A DNA stretch of 64,000 nucleotides from Mobula hypostoma. Lineage: Eukaryota. The notes under the pieces were generated by a model. The model did not search any database, was not told where the DNA came from, and saw only the letters and a list, made by a program, of their open reading frames with translations. Positions 1 to 12,629 of this stretch are shown here, piece after piece (the first letter of the stretch is position 1; every line of letters begins with the position of its first letter). The position numbers and the translations under genes are program-made. The stretch is from assembly GCF_963921235.1 (NCBI RefSeq), contig NC_086097.1, forward strand, positions 178,624,001-178,688,000. Reading direction: 5' to 3'.

Positions 1-629
1 GAATTTTCTTGCCTGCTGCCGGATTGGGAGGAAATCTGATCAAACGCTGATATTAAATCCAAGTTTTGCCCTATCAGGGCATTAGTGATGTACGACTTAA
101 TAAACCCCAGTGGTTGGAAGATCGCTGCCTTGGCAACAGGATGGAAATGGAGATAATAATGTATGCACGGTAGGAGCGACCTGGGTTCTACAGGAGAGGT
201 TCTCAGGGGAGGGCCCTTCACCCTGAGTTCGACTTGTCTGGGCAAAATCACTTTACAATAGACAGCATCAGAATACTGAAGAGCTGTGGTACTGATGAGC
301 ACATCGATATGGGAAGAGTGAAATGAATTGGGGGGAGGGAGAGAGAAAGAGAAAGACACTTCACTGGGAGATGTTGAGAGCCACTCCTTTGAAAAATTCA
401 TGGATCTCAAAAGCACTCATAACAGCTATGTCTACAGGCAAAATGGACACGTTAAAGGAAGTTACAATCATTGCTGAATGATGCCCGAGAATGGATTGCC
501 TTACCCCCTATAAAGCAGTGAGAGTTCTGCCTTGAACTTCACTAAGTTTAACCCTTGCTCAGAGTTCAAAAGGATGCTGCTACCTGGGGGTTTCATCCAA
601 GGAGAAATAAGTGAAGCTAGATTTAGGAT

Positions 630-940
630 TAAAGACTAGTTTTATTTGTCATATGTACATCAAAGCGTACCAGGGAAATGTGACAACAACCAACACAGTC
701 TGAAGGTGTGCTGGAGGTAGTGTGCAACTGTTGGCATGCTTCCAGTGCCAACGTAGGATGTCCATAACTTACTAACCCTCACTGACCATGTTGTTTTGGA
801 AGGTGGGAGGAAACTGGAGCACCTGAAGGAAACCCATACAGTCACGGGGAGAATATACAAATTCCTTATAGGCAGCGGTGGGAACTGAACCCCGATTTCT
901 GGCGCTGTAAAGTTTTATGTTAACCACTATGCTACCATCT
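630..940 (-). mobile_element. V-SINE (tRNA-derived head and V core) with a Rex1-like 3' tail
   Basis: The minus strand reads tagtggttaacataaaactttacagcgccag...ggggttcagttccc (A/B-box-like), then the V core ttctccccgtgactgtatgggtttccttcaggtgctccagtttcctcccac, and ends gtacatatgacaaataaa. Confidence 0.65.
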
Positions 941-1172
941 CGCACCCAATTCCCCCCCCCCCCACTCCGCCAAGTGCAGCTTCCAGCTGGTCCTGGAAGC
1001 AACAGAATCTTTCCTGGCTGTGGGTAAATGGAGGTAGGGGGAGAGAGACTGATGGGAGAGATTGCTCTCGTAGTTGAAGAGGCCTTTCTGCCCATTGAGT
1101 CTGAACAGCTTTCCCTCTGGTGAGCTGGGTTTGATCCAGACCTCGAGAGCTGTCTGGGTAGTGTTTTCCTGT

Positions 1173-1899
1173 AACACTCACAACACGCTGGAGGAACTCA
1201 GCAGGTCGGGTAGCATCCGTGGAAACGATCAGTCAATGTTTCGGGCCAGAACCCTTCGTCAGGACTGAAGAGGGAAGGGGCAGAGGCTCTATAAAGAAGG
1301 TGGGTGGGGGGAGGGTGGGAAGGAGAAGGCTGGTAGGTTCCAGGTGAAAAACCAGTAAGGGGAAAGATAAAGGGGTCGGGGGGGGGGGAAGCAGGGAGGG
1401 GATAAGCAGGAAAGGTGAAGAAGGAATAGGGGAAAACACAATGGGTAGTAGAAGGAGGCGGAACCATGAGGGAGGTAATAGGCAGCTGGGGGAGGGGGCA
1501 GAGTGACATAGGGATAGGGGAAGGGAGGGGGAGGGAATTACCGGAAGTTCGAGAATTCTATGTTCATACCAAGGGACTGGAGACTACCTAGATGGTATGT
1601 GAGGTGTTGCTCCTTCAAGCTGAGTTTAGCCTCATCATGGCAGTAGAGGAGGCCATGTACGGACGTATTCGAATGGGAATGTGAAGCAGAGTTGAAGTGG
1701 GTGGCAACCGGGAGATCTTGTCTGTTGTGGCGGACGGAGCGGAGGTGCTCGACGAAGTGGTCCCCCAATCTGCGTCGGGTTTCACCGATGTAGAGGAGGC
1801 CGCACTGGGAGCACCGGATGCAATAGATGACCCCAAGAGACTCTCAAGTGAAGTGTTGCCTCACCTGGAGGGACTGTTTGGGGCCCTGAATGGTGGTGA
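1173..1899 (-). mobile_element. Penelope-like element 3' end (GIY-YIG endonuclease C-terminus plus terminal repeat)
   Basis: ORF 1538-1768 encodes EHLRSVR...PVATHFNS...LKEQHL...GMNIEFSNFR. A 14-bp TSD is present: tagtgttttcctgt (1159-1172) and tagtgtttccctgt (1900-1913). Confidence 0.9.
1230..1267 (-). ncRNA. Minimal type-I hammerhead ribozyme motif
   Basis: The minus strand reads cagtc-CTGACGA-agggttctggccc-GAAA-catt-gactg. Stem I is cagtc/gactg, stem II is ggg/ccc, and the core boxes are intact. Confidence 0.7.
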
Positions 1900-2269
1900 T
1901 AGTGTTTCCCTGTCCTGCCTGGGTGTGCGTGGGCTCCCTCGGGTGCTTCAGTCTCCTGCCACATCCCAAGGATGTGTGGGTGGCTGTAAGTTGCCCCCTG
2001 TGTGAGAGTGAAGAGGAATATGAGGAGTAGACTTGATGAGAATGTGCAAATGGATAAAATGAGAATGAGTTCTATTTGAGTTCGTTTCAGTGATCTGTGA
2101 CTGAAAAATCCAACAATCAGCCACAATTGTTTCTCTTACTTTAGACAGAACAGGCCCTTGGGCTCACCGTTTCTGTGCTAACCGTAATGCCAGTCCAGCT
2201 CATCCTATTTGCCCATACATGATCCATATCCTTCTGTTGCCTGCCTCTTCGTGTGTTTGTCTAAATGCC

Positions 2270-4258
2270 TTCTGGAATCCGCAATCTGCTCAGGGCAAGA
2301 TCAGTGGCATTCGCATCTGGCGACCAAGAAAGATGCAAGACATCCAGGTATGATCTGTGGAAAGCCGTCTCGCGTGCAGAGTGGCAGTACCAGACCCAAC
2401 CGGACTCACTGGGGGATGCTCAACAGCTGTGGCAGGGTTTGAATACTATCACATCTTTCAAAGTGAAACTGAGTGACATTGGTGACAAGGCTTCGCTCCA
2501 AGATGAGCTCAGTGCCTTCTATCCTCGCTTTGACCATTAAAACATGAAGGAACCTTCATGAACTCTCACAGCCCCCACATGACCCCGTAATTTTGGTCTC
2601 TGAAGCATCAATTCAGGTGGGTGAACCCAGGGAAAGCGTCCAGCCCAGATAGTGTATCTGGCTGACTATAAAGACCTGTGTTGATCAACTGGCTGGAGTG
2701 TTCATCAATATCTTTAACCTCTCTCTCTTTGGCAGTCAGAGGTACCTATCTTGTTTCAAGCAGGCTTCAGTTAGACCAGTGGCTAAGAGGAATGTAATGC
2801 CTGCCCATCAATGACTATCATCCAGTTGCACTTACATCCTCTGTGATGAAATGCTTTGAGAGGTTGGTGATGAAACCTATCAACTCCTGCCTGAGACGTG
2901 ACTTGGATCCACTCCAATTTGCCTACCGGCACAACAGGTCCACAGCAGATGCCATTTCATTGGCAATTCAGTCAACACTCGAACATCTGGTCAGCAAAGA
3001 TGTATAGATCAGGATGCTCCTTATCAACTACAATTCAGCATTCAACTCTATTAATAATCACCTCAGAACTAATCAATAAGCTTCAAGACCTTAGCCTCAA
3101 TACCTCCTTGTGCAATTGGATCCTTGATTTCCTCACTTGCAGACCACAGTCAGTTTAAATTCAGGAAAACATTTCCTCCACAATCTCTCTCAGCCCAGGT
3201 GCACTGCAAGGCTGTGTGTTTAGCCTCCTGCTTTTTTCGCTTTATATTTATGACTGTGAGGCTAAGCAGAGCTCCCATGTCATATTTAAGTTTGCTGACG
3301 ACGCCACTGTTCTTGGCCGAAGCAAAGGTGGTGACGAATCAACATCTCGGAGGGAGATTGAAAATCTGGCTGAGTGATGCCACAACAACAACTTCTCACT
3401 CAATGTCAGCAAGACCAACGAGCTGATTATTGGCTTCAGGAGGAGGAAACCAGAGGTCCATGAGCCAGTCCTCATTGGGGGAATCAGAAGTGGAGAGGGT
3501 CAGCAACTTTAAATTTCAGAGGATCTGCCCTGGGCCCAGCACGCAAGTGCAATTACAAAGAAAGCACAATAGCACCTCCACTTCCTTGGAAGTTTGTGAA
3601 GATTTGGCGTGACCTCTAAAACTTTGTCAAGCTTTACAAATGTGTGGTGGAGAACTTATTGATTGGTTGCATCACAGCCTGGTATGGAAACACTAATGCC
3701 CTTGAATGGAAAATCCTACAAAAAAAGTAGTGGATATGGCCATCACAGGTAAAGCACCTCTCCACCCAACCATTGAGCACATCTACACGGAGTGCTGTCA
3801 TAAGGAAGCAGCATCCCGAATGCCCACCATCTAAGCCATGCTGTCTTCTCACTGCTGCCATCGGGAAGAAGGTGCAGGAGCCTCAGGACCCACACCATCA
3901 GGTTCAGGAACAGTTACTACACCTCAACCATTAGGCACTCGAACCAGAGAGGATAGCTTCACTCAACTTCACTCGCCCATCACTGAACTGTTTCCACAAC
4001 CTGTGGACTCAGTTTCAGTCTCTTCATCCCATGTTCTCAATATTTATTTCTTATTTATTCATTATTTTTATCTTCTTTGATTTTTGCACAGTTTGTTGTA
4101 TTTTGCCCACTAGTTGTATACCCAAGGTGATAAAGTCTTCTAGTGATTCTATTATGGTTATTATTCTATTATGAGTATGCCCACAAGAAAATGAATTTCA
4201 GGTTTATATATAGTGACATATATGTACTTGGATTACAAAAAATGACTTTGACTTTGAA
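2270..4258 (+). mobile_element. Degraded, 5'-truncated Rex1/Babar-type LINE
   Basis: Broken RT motifs: [53 protein letters not shown]. The tail is (actttg)n near 4245-4257. Confidence 0.85.
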
Positions 4259-4659
4259 AACAACCCAAGTTTGTCCAGTTTCTCCTTATATGTCATACCA
4301 GAAAGCATCCTGATAAACCCTTGTACTTTTGTACTTTTCTCCCTGCATCACATTACCCCCAGTTCAACCGAGGCCAAAGGCGTCTCTTTATTCCCTCAGT
4401 TTTGAAGCCCTCAGGTGAATCTCCTCTTCACCTTCTCTGCTCTGGGATACACAACTGCAGCCTCCCCAGTCCTCCAGCTAACTGGCCAGCCTTGCTCGTA
4501 GATAATTTCACCCTGCAGCCTTCCTTGGGCCAAGATGTCCTTGCTGAGGCACAAGGTCCAGAGCTGGTACAGTCAGAATCTGAACAAAAAAGTGGTACAT
4601 GTGTTTATAGAACTTGGCCAGATTGTTCTAAACCAACCTTGTAGCAGCAAAGTGATTGA

Positions 4660-5180
4660 AATGGAATTCAGGGGTTTTCTGGTCACTGCATCATAGGAAG
4701 GATGGAAAGGTTTTGAAAAGGATACAGAAAAGGTTTACCAGGATGCTGTCTAGATTAGAGGGTATGAGCTATAAGGAGAGTCTAGAAAAACTTGGACTGC
4801 TTTCTCTGGCGTGGCGGAAGCTGAGGAGAGACCTGATAGAAATGCTTTAAGATCATGAGAGGCATAGATATGTTATACATTCTGAGTCATTTTGCTGGGG
4901 TAGAAACATCAATGTGCATTTAAGGTGTGAAGTTTAAAGGAGATGTGCTGGTCATATTTTTTATACAGAGTGTGGTGGGTGCCTAGAATGGTCTGTTAGG
5001 GGCAGTGGTGGAAGTACATTTGTCAGTGGAGTTAAAGAGGCTTAAGATGGAAACATGAATATACAATGAATGGAGGGATAGGAATCACGTCCAGGGAGAA
5101 GGAATTTAGTTTAATTTGGCCTCTGGGCACTGTGGGCTGCAGGGCCTGTTGCTGTTCTCTGCTGATTTATGCTATATGTT
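4660..5180 (+). mobile_element. CR1 LINE 3' fragment
   Basis: FWS..HRKD...RIQKRFTRML..LEGMSYKESLEKLGL, followed by a CR1-type 3' UTR (tgggctgcagggcctgtt). Confidence 0.85.
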
Positions 5181-5239
5181 TTTTGCAAAGCCTTTTGCAT
5201 TTGTTGTCCTTGGTGTAGAGGTGTGATAACTGTAAGAAG

Positions 5240-6700
5240 ACATGGCTGAGGTCGCACTTGGAGTACTATGTGTGGTCAGCACACAATAGAAAGGATGTCA
5301 TTAAGCTAAAACGGGTGTAAAAGATTGTTGCCAAGGCAGAATGGTATGAGTTACAAGAAGAGACTGGACAGAATGGGTTGTTTTCCTCTGGAGTGTGGGA
5401 GCCTGAGGGATGACCTTGTAGAGGGACATGGATAGGACCATAAGACATAGGAGCAGAATCAGGCCATTTGGCCCTTTGAGTCTGCTCCATTATTCAATCA
5501 TGGCTGATCCTTTTTCTCCTCCTTAGCCCCACCCCAGGCTTTCTACTGTAACCTTTGATGCAGTGTCCAATCAAGAACCTGTCAATCTTTGCCTTAAATA
5601 CACCCAACGACCTGGCCTCCACAGCTGCCTGTGATAACAAGTTCCACAAATTCACCACCCTTTAGCTAAAGAAATGTCTCTACATCTCTATTTTCAATGG
5701 CAACCCCTCTATCCTGAGGCTGTGTCCTCTTGTCCTAGACTCCCCCACCATGGGAAACACCCTTTCCACATCTACTCTGTCTAGGCCTGTCAACATTCAA
5801 AAGGTTTCAATGAGATCCCCCCCTCATCCTTCTAAATTCCAGCGAGTACAGATCAGAGCCATCAGGTACCAGATAAGAGGATGGTCCCAGTCTTTACCCC
5901 AGGAGAGGGGAGTCTGTAAATCAAGGGCACCGACTTGAGGCTGATTTATACTTCTGCGACAACTCAACGCCGTAACCTACGCAAGTGACCTATGCGCATT
6001 GTGAGCATTTATACTCATGCGTTGGTGTGTCTGCGTCGCTCTGCAATTCGTGCACATCGCGCATGCGCACACACCTGCCCGCGCAAGGCTTCATGGTCGT
6101 GGTAGTCTTTCTCGGGGTAAACAAGTTTAAAGTGAGCGTCTTTTTTTGTAAAAGCGAAATGTGTCCTCTATAATTTCGGAGGTCTGTAAAGCTTTATGGA
6201 AAGCATTGCAGCCAGAGTTCCTTTCCTGCCCTTCAGTCGGCCAGTGGGAAGCTATTGCAGTGTAGGATGAAATGCGATGCTACCAGGCGGACCAATCACA
6301 GTTGTTGCGGCCTACGTTGCTGTGACGCGCAGTTACATTTTGGGAGAGGTGAGCGTCAGGCTACGCGTAGGGTTCCGTGTCGGCTCTGTGTAGGATTTGC
6401 GGCGATGCCGTATGTACGGCGTCAAGTTGACACACAAGTATAAATCAGCCTTTAAGGTGAATCGGAAAAGGATTAAAGGGGACCAGAGGGACAGGTTTTT
6501 CAGACAGGCGCTGGTGGGTCAATAGATTGATTTTCTGGAGGAAGTGGTTGAGGAGTTCCAATTACAACATTTAAAAGACATTTGGACATGTTCATAGATA
6601 GGAACAGAAAGAGGGATATGGGTCAAATGGATCTAGCTTGGTGGGCACCATGGTTAGCAAAGACAAGATAGGCTGAAGGGTGTGTTTCTGCCTTGTGTAA
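5240..6700 (+). mobile_element. CR1 3' fragment interrupted by an antisense CR1 tail (about 5438-5865) and a MITE (5938-6451)
   Basis: CR1 coding sequence (gtcgcacttggagta...) resumes after each insert. The antisense insert begins ccataagacataggagcagaa. Confidence 0.7.
5938..6451. mobile_element. Non-autonomous DNA transposon (PIF/Harbinger-like MITE)
   Basis: TIRs of about 37 bp: aggctgatttatacttctgcgacaactcaacgccgta and tacggcgtcaagttgacacacaagtataaatcagcct. The flanks TTG and TTA fit a 3-bp TWA-type TSD with one mismatch. The element is CpG-rich. Confidence 0.85.
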
Positions 6701-6874
6701 CTAGCAAAAATCATGTAACAAATTGAAATAAATTGTTAGACCTATCTCAGCGAATGTGGCTCACTGACTGGTAATCAGACATGTCAGTCTCCTTGCTGGG
6801 TGCCAATGGCTGCACTTCGTTAACGCTGCTCTTTCATGCAGGCCTTTGCTGTAGGGAATGCTCTTGAGGAATTA

Positions 6875-6972
6875 TGAACGGTCTCGGCCCGAAACACCGT
6901 AGATGCCGCCTGGCCTGCTGAGTTCCTCCAGCACTTTGTGTGTGTTGCTTTGGATTCCCAGCATCTGCAGAC
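6875..6972 (+). mobile_element. Short Penelope terminal-repeat insertion
   Basis: Sequence ggtctcggcccgaaac...cctgctgagttcctccagcac...cagcatctgcag, with a perfect 10-bp TSD tgaggaatta (6865-6874 and 6973-6982). Confidence 0.85.
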
Positions 6973-7023
6973 TGAGGAATTAGAACAATAAGCATTCAAT
7001 GAGTTTAGTTGTTGTCCTTGCAG

Positions 7024-7057
7024 CACCAAATCACAACGTAATTCGCAAAGAACGAAC
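7024..7057 (+). CDS. Candidate 34-nt internal coding exon of an unidentified host gene (xPNHNVIRKER-T)
   Basis: Acceptor ttgttgtccttgcag, donor gtaagt, CpG-rich, set in non-repeat flanks. Its phase is compatible with the 16105 exon. Confidence 0.55.
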
Positions 7058-8984
7058 GTAAGTGTTAATTTATTTCCAAGCCGTTTTTTACAACTGCTGC
7101 CTGCCCATGAAGTTGAGCGTAGACACCAGGTGAATTTTCTGGGTATTGTCTGCATCATTGCACATATAAACTGGATGTCATGGTCTGTGTTGTCAAAAGC
7201 TTTCTAATCATCACGGGCTGCTTCGAGATACATTGGTGTCCTTGTTGCTGCATTATTTCATTAGTCTTGTCATTATCTGAGAAATCATCTTCAGAATGAC
7301 TTAATTATCCTAATCTGCCATACATTTACCTGTTCAAAGGATTGTAATTTAGCAATGTTGATGTAACCCTGCCATTAATTTTGGATTTTATTTCTGCACT
7401 AATCTGTTCTGAATTCCACGTATCTGGTGCTTTGGAATGAGTCACCTGCCTGTAAGTGATGGTGTTGCGGTGTATAATAATTCCCAGTTCTGACAATCTA
7501 ATGGCAGAATTTTAAAACAAGAAGGAGACACAGATGCTGGAAAACAAAAAGGGACAGACGAGGCTGGAAACTCTCACCAGGTCAGGCAGCATTGGTGGGG
7601 AGAGAAAAACAGTTAACGTTTGGAATTGACGGCCTTTTATCAGAACATTTACTTCTCAGTGCCTGAACTCCAGAGTTCTCTCCCTAAGCTTCCCCACTAC
7701 TCCTCCTCTTAGATACTTGTTAAAACCCATCCTCAGTACTAAGCACTTCTTACAGTGTTGTATATGACTCACTTGGTAACATTGATCATGGAATAGTTGA
7801 GCATTGGAACAAGCTCTTTGACCAATAGCATCTCAACCCATCCTAATACAATCCACACCAGCCCTGTCTGCCTTCAAGTCTATATTCTTCCATTCCCCGC
7901 CTGTCCCTCCACCTTAAACATTGCTGTCATATTTGCTTTCAGTGCCATTCCTAGCAGCCTGTTCCAGGCAGCCGCCACTCTCTGCATTTAAAAAAAATTG
8001 CCTTGTAAATGGCCTTTAAGTTTTCCTCCTCTCAACTTAAATCTGTGCCCTCTAGTAGTTGATATTTCCACCCTGGAGAAAAAGACTCTGACTTCCCTAT
8101 CTGTGCTTCTCCCAATTGTATACACTTCGAGGAGGTCGCCCCTTAGCCTCCAGCTCTGTTGTACAAACAGTCAGGTTTTGTCCAATCTCTCTTTAAAGCT
8201 AACACTCTAATTCACACGAAATGCTGGAGGAACTCAGCAGGTCAGACAGCATCTATAGAGAGGAATAAAGAGTTGACGTATTAGACTGAGACCCTTCATT
8301 GGGACAGGAAAGAAAAGGGAAAGAAGCCAGAATAAGAAGGTGGTGGGGGGGGGGGGGAAGGAGTACAAGCTGAGAGTGGCCTCATTGTGGCAGTAGACGA
8401 GGCAGGGACCGACACGTCAGAATGGGAAGAGGAATTCATGATCAATCTAACCCTATGCAGCCCATAACCGAAGATTTTTCTTAAATCCATGCATCTATCT
8501 AAGAGTTTTATAAGTGTCCCTAATGTACCAGCCCCGGCAGTGCATCCACTCATTTATTCTTTATGTTAAAGACCTACTGAAACACTCCTGCAATTTTGTA
8601 TTCAAATACCACATATTCTTTCCATCTCCTCTTCACATGTTCCAACCTCTCTGCTTGTGGGCTGCTACACGGTTCCACCTAATCCCAGCGTCTGCTCCAC
8701 GGGGTACTACCTCAAAGTGAGACTCGGCACCCTAAAGCCCTTGGGATTCACCCACTTTGGATACAGATTCTGCTGCCTCACTTGCTGCTGCCTTTTGTTC
8801 TTTTCCCATCCTCAACTCAAACCCAGCACCCCTTTCACCATTTAATCTCTCTGCTCTCCACCCTATCACAGACCTTTTTGTTGTCTAGTCACCACCTCCC
8901 CCCTCCCTACTCCTTCCTTGTAACTTAAAACTTGTTTCAGGAGGGGTTAGCGTTTTTAATCCTGCCTTGTCCTACCCAATCATA

Positions 8985-9212
8985 AACACAAGAGTTTCTG
9001 CAGATGCTGGAAATCTTAAGCAACACACACAAAGTTCTGGATGAACTTAACAGGTCAGGCAGCATCTATGGAGAAGAATAAACAGTCAGTGTTTTCAGCT
9101 TGAAAGGATTGAGAGTGCTGTTGAAGGGTCTCAGTCTGAAAGGTCAACTGTTGATTTCCCTCCAGAGATGCTGCCTGACTTGCTCAGTTCCTCCAGCATT
9201 TGGTGGGTGCTG
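8985..9212. mobile_element. Inverted pair of Penelope terminal repeats
   Basis: ctggatgaacttaacaggtcaggcagcatctatggag is followed by its approximate reverse complement ctccagagatgctgcctgacttgctcagttcctccagc. Confidence 0.75.
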
Positions 9213-10394
9213 TTCTACCCAAGTTGTCCTGGGTGTCCTTCAACTCCTGGACATTGTTTCCTGATGGCTTTGCACAAGGGGGTTCTTCTACCCTCTCCCA
9301 TCAACATACAAAATCCTGAAAGCAAGTACCACCAGGTTGAATGCCAACTTCTATCTCATTATTATAAGACTATTGAATGGTCCCCTAGTACAACAAGATG
9401 GACTCTTGATCTCACAGTCTACTTCCTCATGGCCTTGCACCATATTGTCTACTTGCACTGTACTTCCTCTGTAATTGTAATACTTTATTCTGCAATTTGT
9501 TACTGTTTCCCCTTGTACTACCTTGATATCTTTTCACTGTATCTCTGTACATGTGACAATAATAAACCAATTTGGCAATTTACTAAGGTGCCTCTGTCTT
9601 AGAACAGACTCAGCCACCAGCTCTGAGTATCTCTTAGTACACTGGGCAACAGCCAGTCCTAGTGCTTTAAAACCATTCTGGGGAGAAAAGATTGAGGTTT
9701 GATGGGAGTTCTTTTCTCTCTGGCTGCTGAATTTATCTGCATGGCCAATTCCAGTAGCTCAGTGCCCAGTGTGGAAATAAATCAGAGTGAGCAGGGAATG
9801 TGGAGACTCTTGTACTCGCTGACATTCTGAGTGATCCGCCTGTTATAATAGAAACAGAAATTAGAACAACGTCCCATTTTCCGATGGCAGAATGCAGCCT
9901 GTCAGACTCAGCACTTGACTTGAATGATTTCATAGAGTCATTCAGCTCAGAAACCAGCCTTTTGGCCCAACTGGTCCAGGCTGACCAAGATGTCTATCTG
10001 AACTGATCCCGTATAGCTGCATTTGGCCCATATCCCACAACATTCCACAACCATATTCTGTGTGGAAAATTTGCTCTTCAGGTAAATCTACTCTTTCACG
10101 TTAAACCTTTCATTTCAGACTCCCCTACACTGAGAAAAAGACTGACCATCTACCTTATCTATGCCCCTTATGATTTTTAAACTTCTATAAGGTTACCCCT
10201 CAGCCTCCTTCGATCCAGGGAAAATAGTCCCAGCCCTGTCCAGTCTCCTTTTATAACTCAAGCCCTCCAGTCACAAAAAATCCATGTGAATCTCTTCTGT
10301 GCCCCCCTCCCCCCCAGTTTAATCAGATCCTTCCTATAGTGTGGCACCAGAAATGCACACAATTCGGGTTATGACTCTGTTGTTCTCAATTATT

Positions 10395-10570
10395 GCGTTA
10401 GGTTCACAGATTTCCAGGGTCCAGAGAAAATGGAACATATCCAGGCAACCTTCCTGCATCCAATACTCTGGGAAGGTACAATGTCGCAGGGGTAATTTCT
10501 TGGATGAGGTGTTAAACAAGTTGGCTCTCTCCCAAGAGGCTACAAAAGACACCAAAGTGTCCTTGATCAC
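10395..10570 (+). mobile_element. Possible ancient Deu-SINE (SacSINE/AmnSINE-like) fragment
   Basis: caatactctgggaaggtacaatgtcgcagggg...cttggatgaggtgttaaac resembles the recalled Deu-SINE 5' region, but is highly diverged. Confidence 0.35.
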
Positions 10571-10963
10571 ACAGCTCAGAAACAGACCATTCAGTCCACT
10601 AAGTCCATCCTGGCCTTCAGCTATCCATTTACAGTCATCTCATTTTACTCTCTCCACAACCCCCAAATTTAATCACTCACCTACACACACTAGGGACAAT
10701 CTATCCCTGTCAGTCAACCTGCCAATCTGTGCAGTGTGGAATGTGGGAGGAAACCAGAGCACTTGGAGAAAGCCTACACAGTCACAGGGAGAAAGTGCAA
10801 ACTCCACACAGCACGAGACATCGGGATTGAACCAGGGTGTCTGGAACTATGAGCCAGTGCATCTACTAGAGGTAAAGTTACTATAGGTGAGGGGTGAGGG
10901 GGGTGGATTGAGCCCTGGTGCACTGGGTGAATTTGTAGCCCTAAGCCAAAAACCTGGTTGTTC

Positions 10964-11470
10964 AGGCAACACACATCAAAGTTGCTGGTGAACGCAGCAG
11001 GCCAGGCAGCATCTATAGGAAGAGGTACAGTCGACATTTCGGGCCGAGACCCTTCATCAGGACTAACTGAAAGAACTAGTAAAAGATTTGAAAGTGGGAG
11101 CGGGAGGGGAGATCCAAAATGATAGGAGAAGACAGGAGGGGAAGGGATGGATCCAAGAGCTGGACAGTTGACTGGCAAAAGGGATATGAGAGGATCATGA
11201 GACAGGAGGCCTAGGGAGAAAGAAAGGGGGAGGGGGGAAGCCCAGAGGATGGGTAATAACGGATGGGGTACGTGGGAGAGGTGGGTGATCAACGGAAGTT
11301 AGAGAAGTCAATGTACATGCCATCAGGTTGGAGGCTACCCAGACGGAATATAAGGTGTTGTTCCTCCAGCCTGAGTGTGGCTTCATCTTTACAGTAGAGG
11401 AGGCCGTGGATAGACATGTCAGAATGGGAATGGGATGTGGAATTAAAATGTGTGGCCACTGGGACACAGG
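10964..11470 (-). mobile_element. Penelope-like element 3' end
   Basis: Encodes PVATHFNSTSHSHSDMSIHGLLYCKDEATLRLEEQHLIFRLGSLQPDGM. A 13-bp TSD aacctggttgttc lies at 10951-10963 and 11471-11483. Confidence 0.9.
11029..11064 (-). ncRNA. Minimal type-I hammerhead ribozyme motif
   Basis: The minus strand reads agtc-CTGATGA-agggtctcggccc-GAAA-t-GTC-gact, with intact core boxes and a GUC cleavage triplet. Confidence 0.75.
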
Positions 11471-12329
11471 AACCTGGTTGTTCTCCGGTTCCTGTGTGCG
11501 AGATGCTTCTCTGCACAAACCGGCTCCCTGTCATCCCTACAGAAATCTGCTTTATGGGTTTGAAAATTCTTTGGGATCTTCTGTTGTGAAAGTTGCTATT
11601 GAAATGCAACCCCCCCCCCCAGCGTTTTAAAAAATGAGTCGAAGGAAATGTGGTTAAAATAGGAAAGTGGTAGTGAGATCCAAGTCTTAGCCATGATCTT
11701 CACGAAAGATGGAGCAGTTAAGGAAGGTGTGAATGCCTTACTCCTCTCGTAGTGTTATTGAGTCAAACAGAAACAGCCCTTCAGCTTACCGTATCCGTGC
11801 TATCCATTGACACTAATCCCATAATTCAGAATCGGAATCCAAATCGGGTTTATTCTCACAGACAGAGAGAACATACATGGAACATAGAACAATACAACAC
11901 AGTAAAGGCCCTTGTGTTGTGCCTACCAAGATCAATCTAATGCTTTCCTCCCACATAGCCCTCCAATTTTCTTTCCTCAGTGTGCAGAGCCAAGAGTCTC
12001 TTAAACGTCTCTAGTGTATCTGCCTCTGCACCACCCCGGCAGGGTGTTCCACGTACCCACCAATCTGTGTGTGAAAAAAGACCTACCTCTGATATTGCCC
12101 CATACTTTTCTCCAATCATCTTAAAGTTATACCCTCATATATTAGCCATTTCTGCCCTGGGAACAGGGCACTGGCTGTCCACTCTGTCAATTCCTCTTAC
12201 CTTGTACACCTCTATCCAGTGATCTCTCATCCCCCTTTGCTCCAAAGAAGCCGTAGCCTGCTCAATATTTTCTCACAAGGCGTGCTTTCTAATCCAAGCA
12301 GCATCCTGCTAAATCTCCTAAATATATTG

Positions 12330-12622
12330 AGAGATTTGTTGCTTTGTGGCAGCAGCATATTGCAATACATATAAAAAAATACGAGTTACAACAATAAATA
12401 AATAATGTGAAAAAGGATTAGTGAGATAGGGTTTATCAGTTAATGGATCGTTCAGAAATCTATTGACAATGGGAAAGAAGCCATTCTTAAAATGTCGAGT
12501 ATGGGTCTTCAGTTTCATGTACCTCCTCCCCAGTGGTAGTAATGAGAAGAGGACATGTCCCAGATGGTGAAGGTCTTCAATAATGGATGTCACCTTTTGA
12601 AGCACCACCTTTTGAAGATGTC
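12330..12622 (-). mobile_element. Rex1/Babar 3' fragment
   Basis: Encodes SIIEDLHHLGHVLFSLLPLGRRY...KTHTRHFKNGFFP. Confidence 0.8.
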
Positions 12623-12629
12623 AAGTATT

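Larger units (their letters stand above)
1105..2010 (+). mobile_element. Old V-SINE split by a Penelope insertion
   Basis: The head gggtttgatccagacctcgagagctgtctg lies before 1172. The core gcgtgggctccctcgggtgcttcagtctcctgccacatcccaagg resumes after 1913. Confidence 0.55.

Noticed and set aside
194..288. Possible exon (RGSQGRALHPEFDLSGQNHFTIDSIRILKSC) phase-compatible with the 7024 exon
   Set aside because: The donor gtactg and the polypyrimidine tract are weak, and the peptide is not recognisable.
10341..10886. 181-aa ORF with a hydrophobic N-terminus
   Set aside because: It runs across several unrelated repeat fragments (CR1, old SINE, V-SINE) and is most likely a chance ORF.
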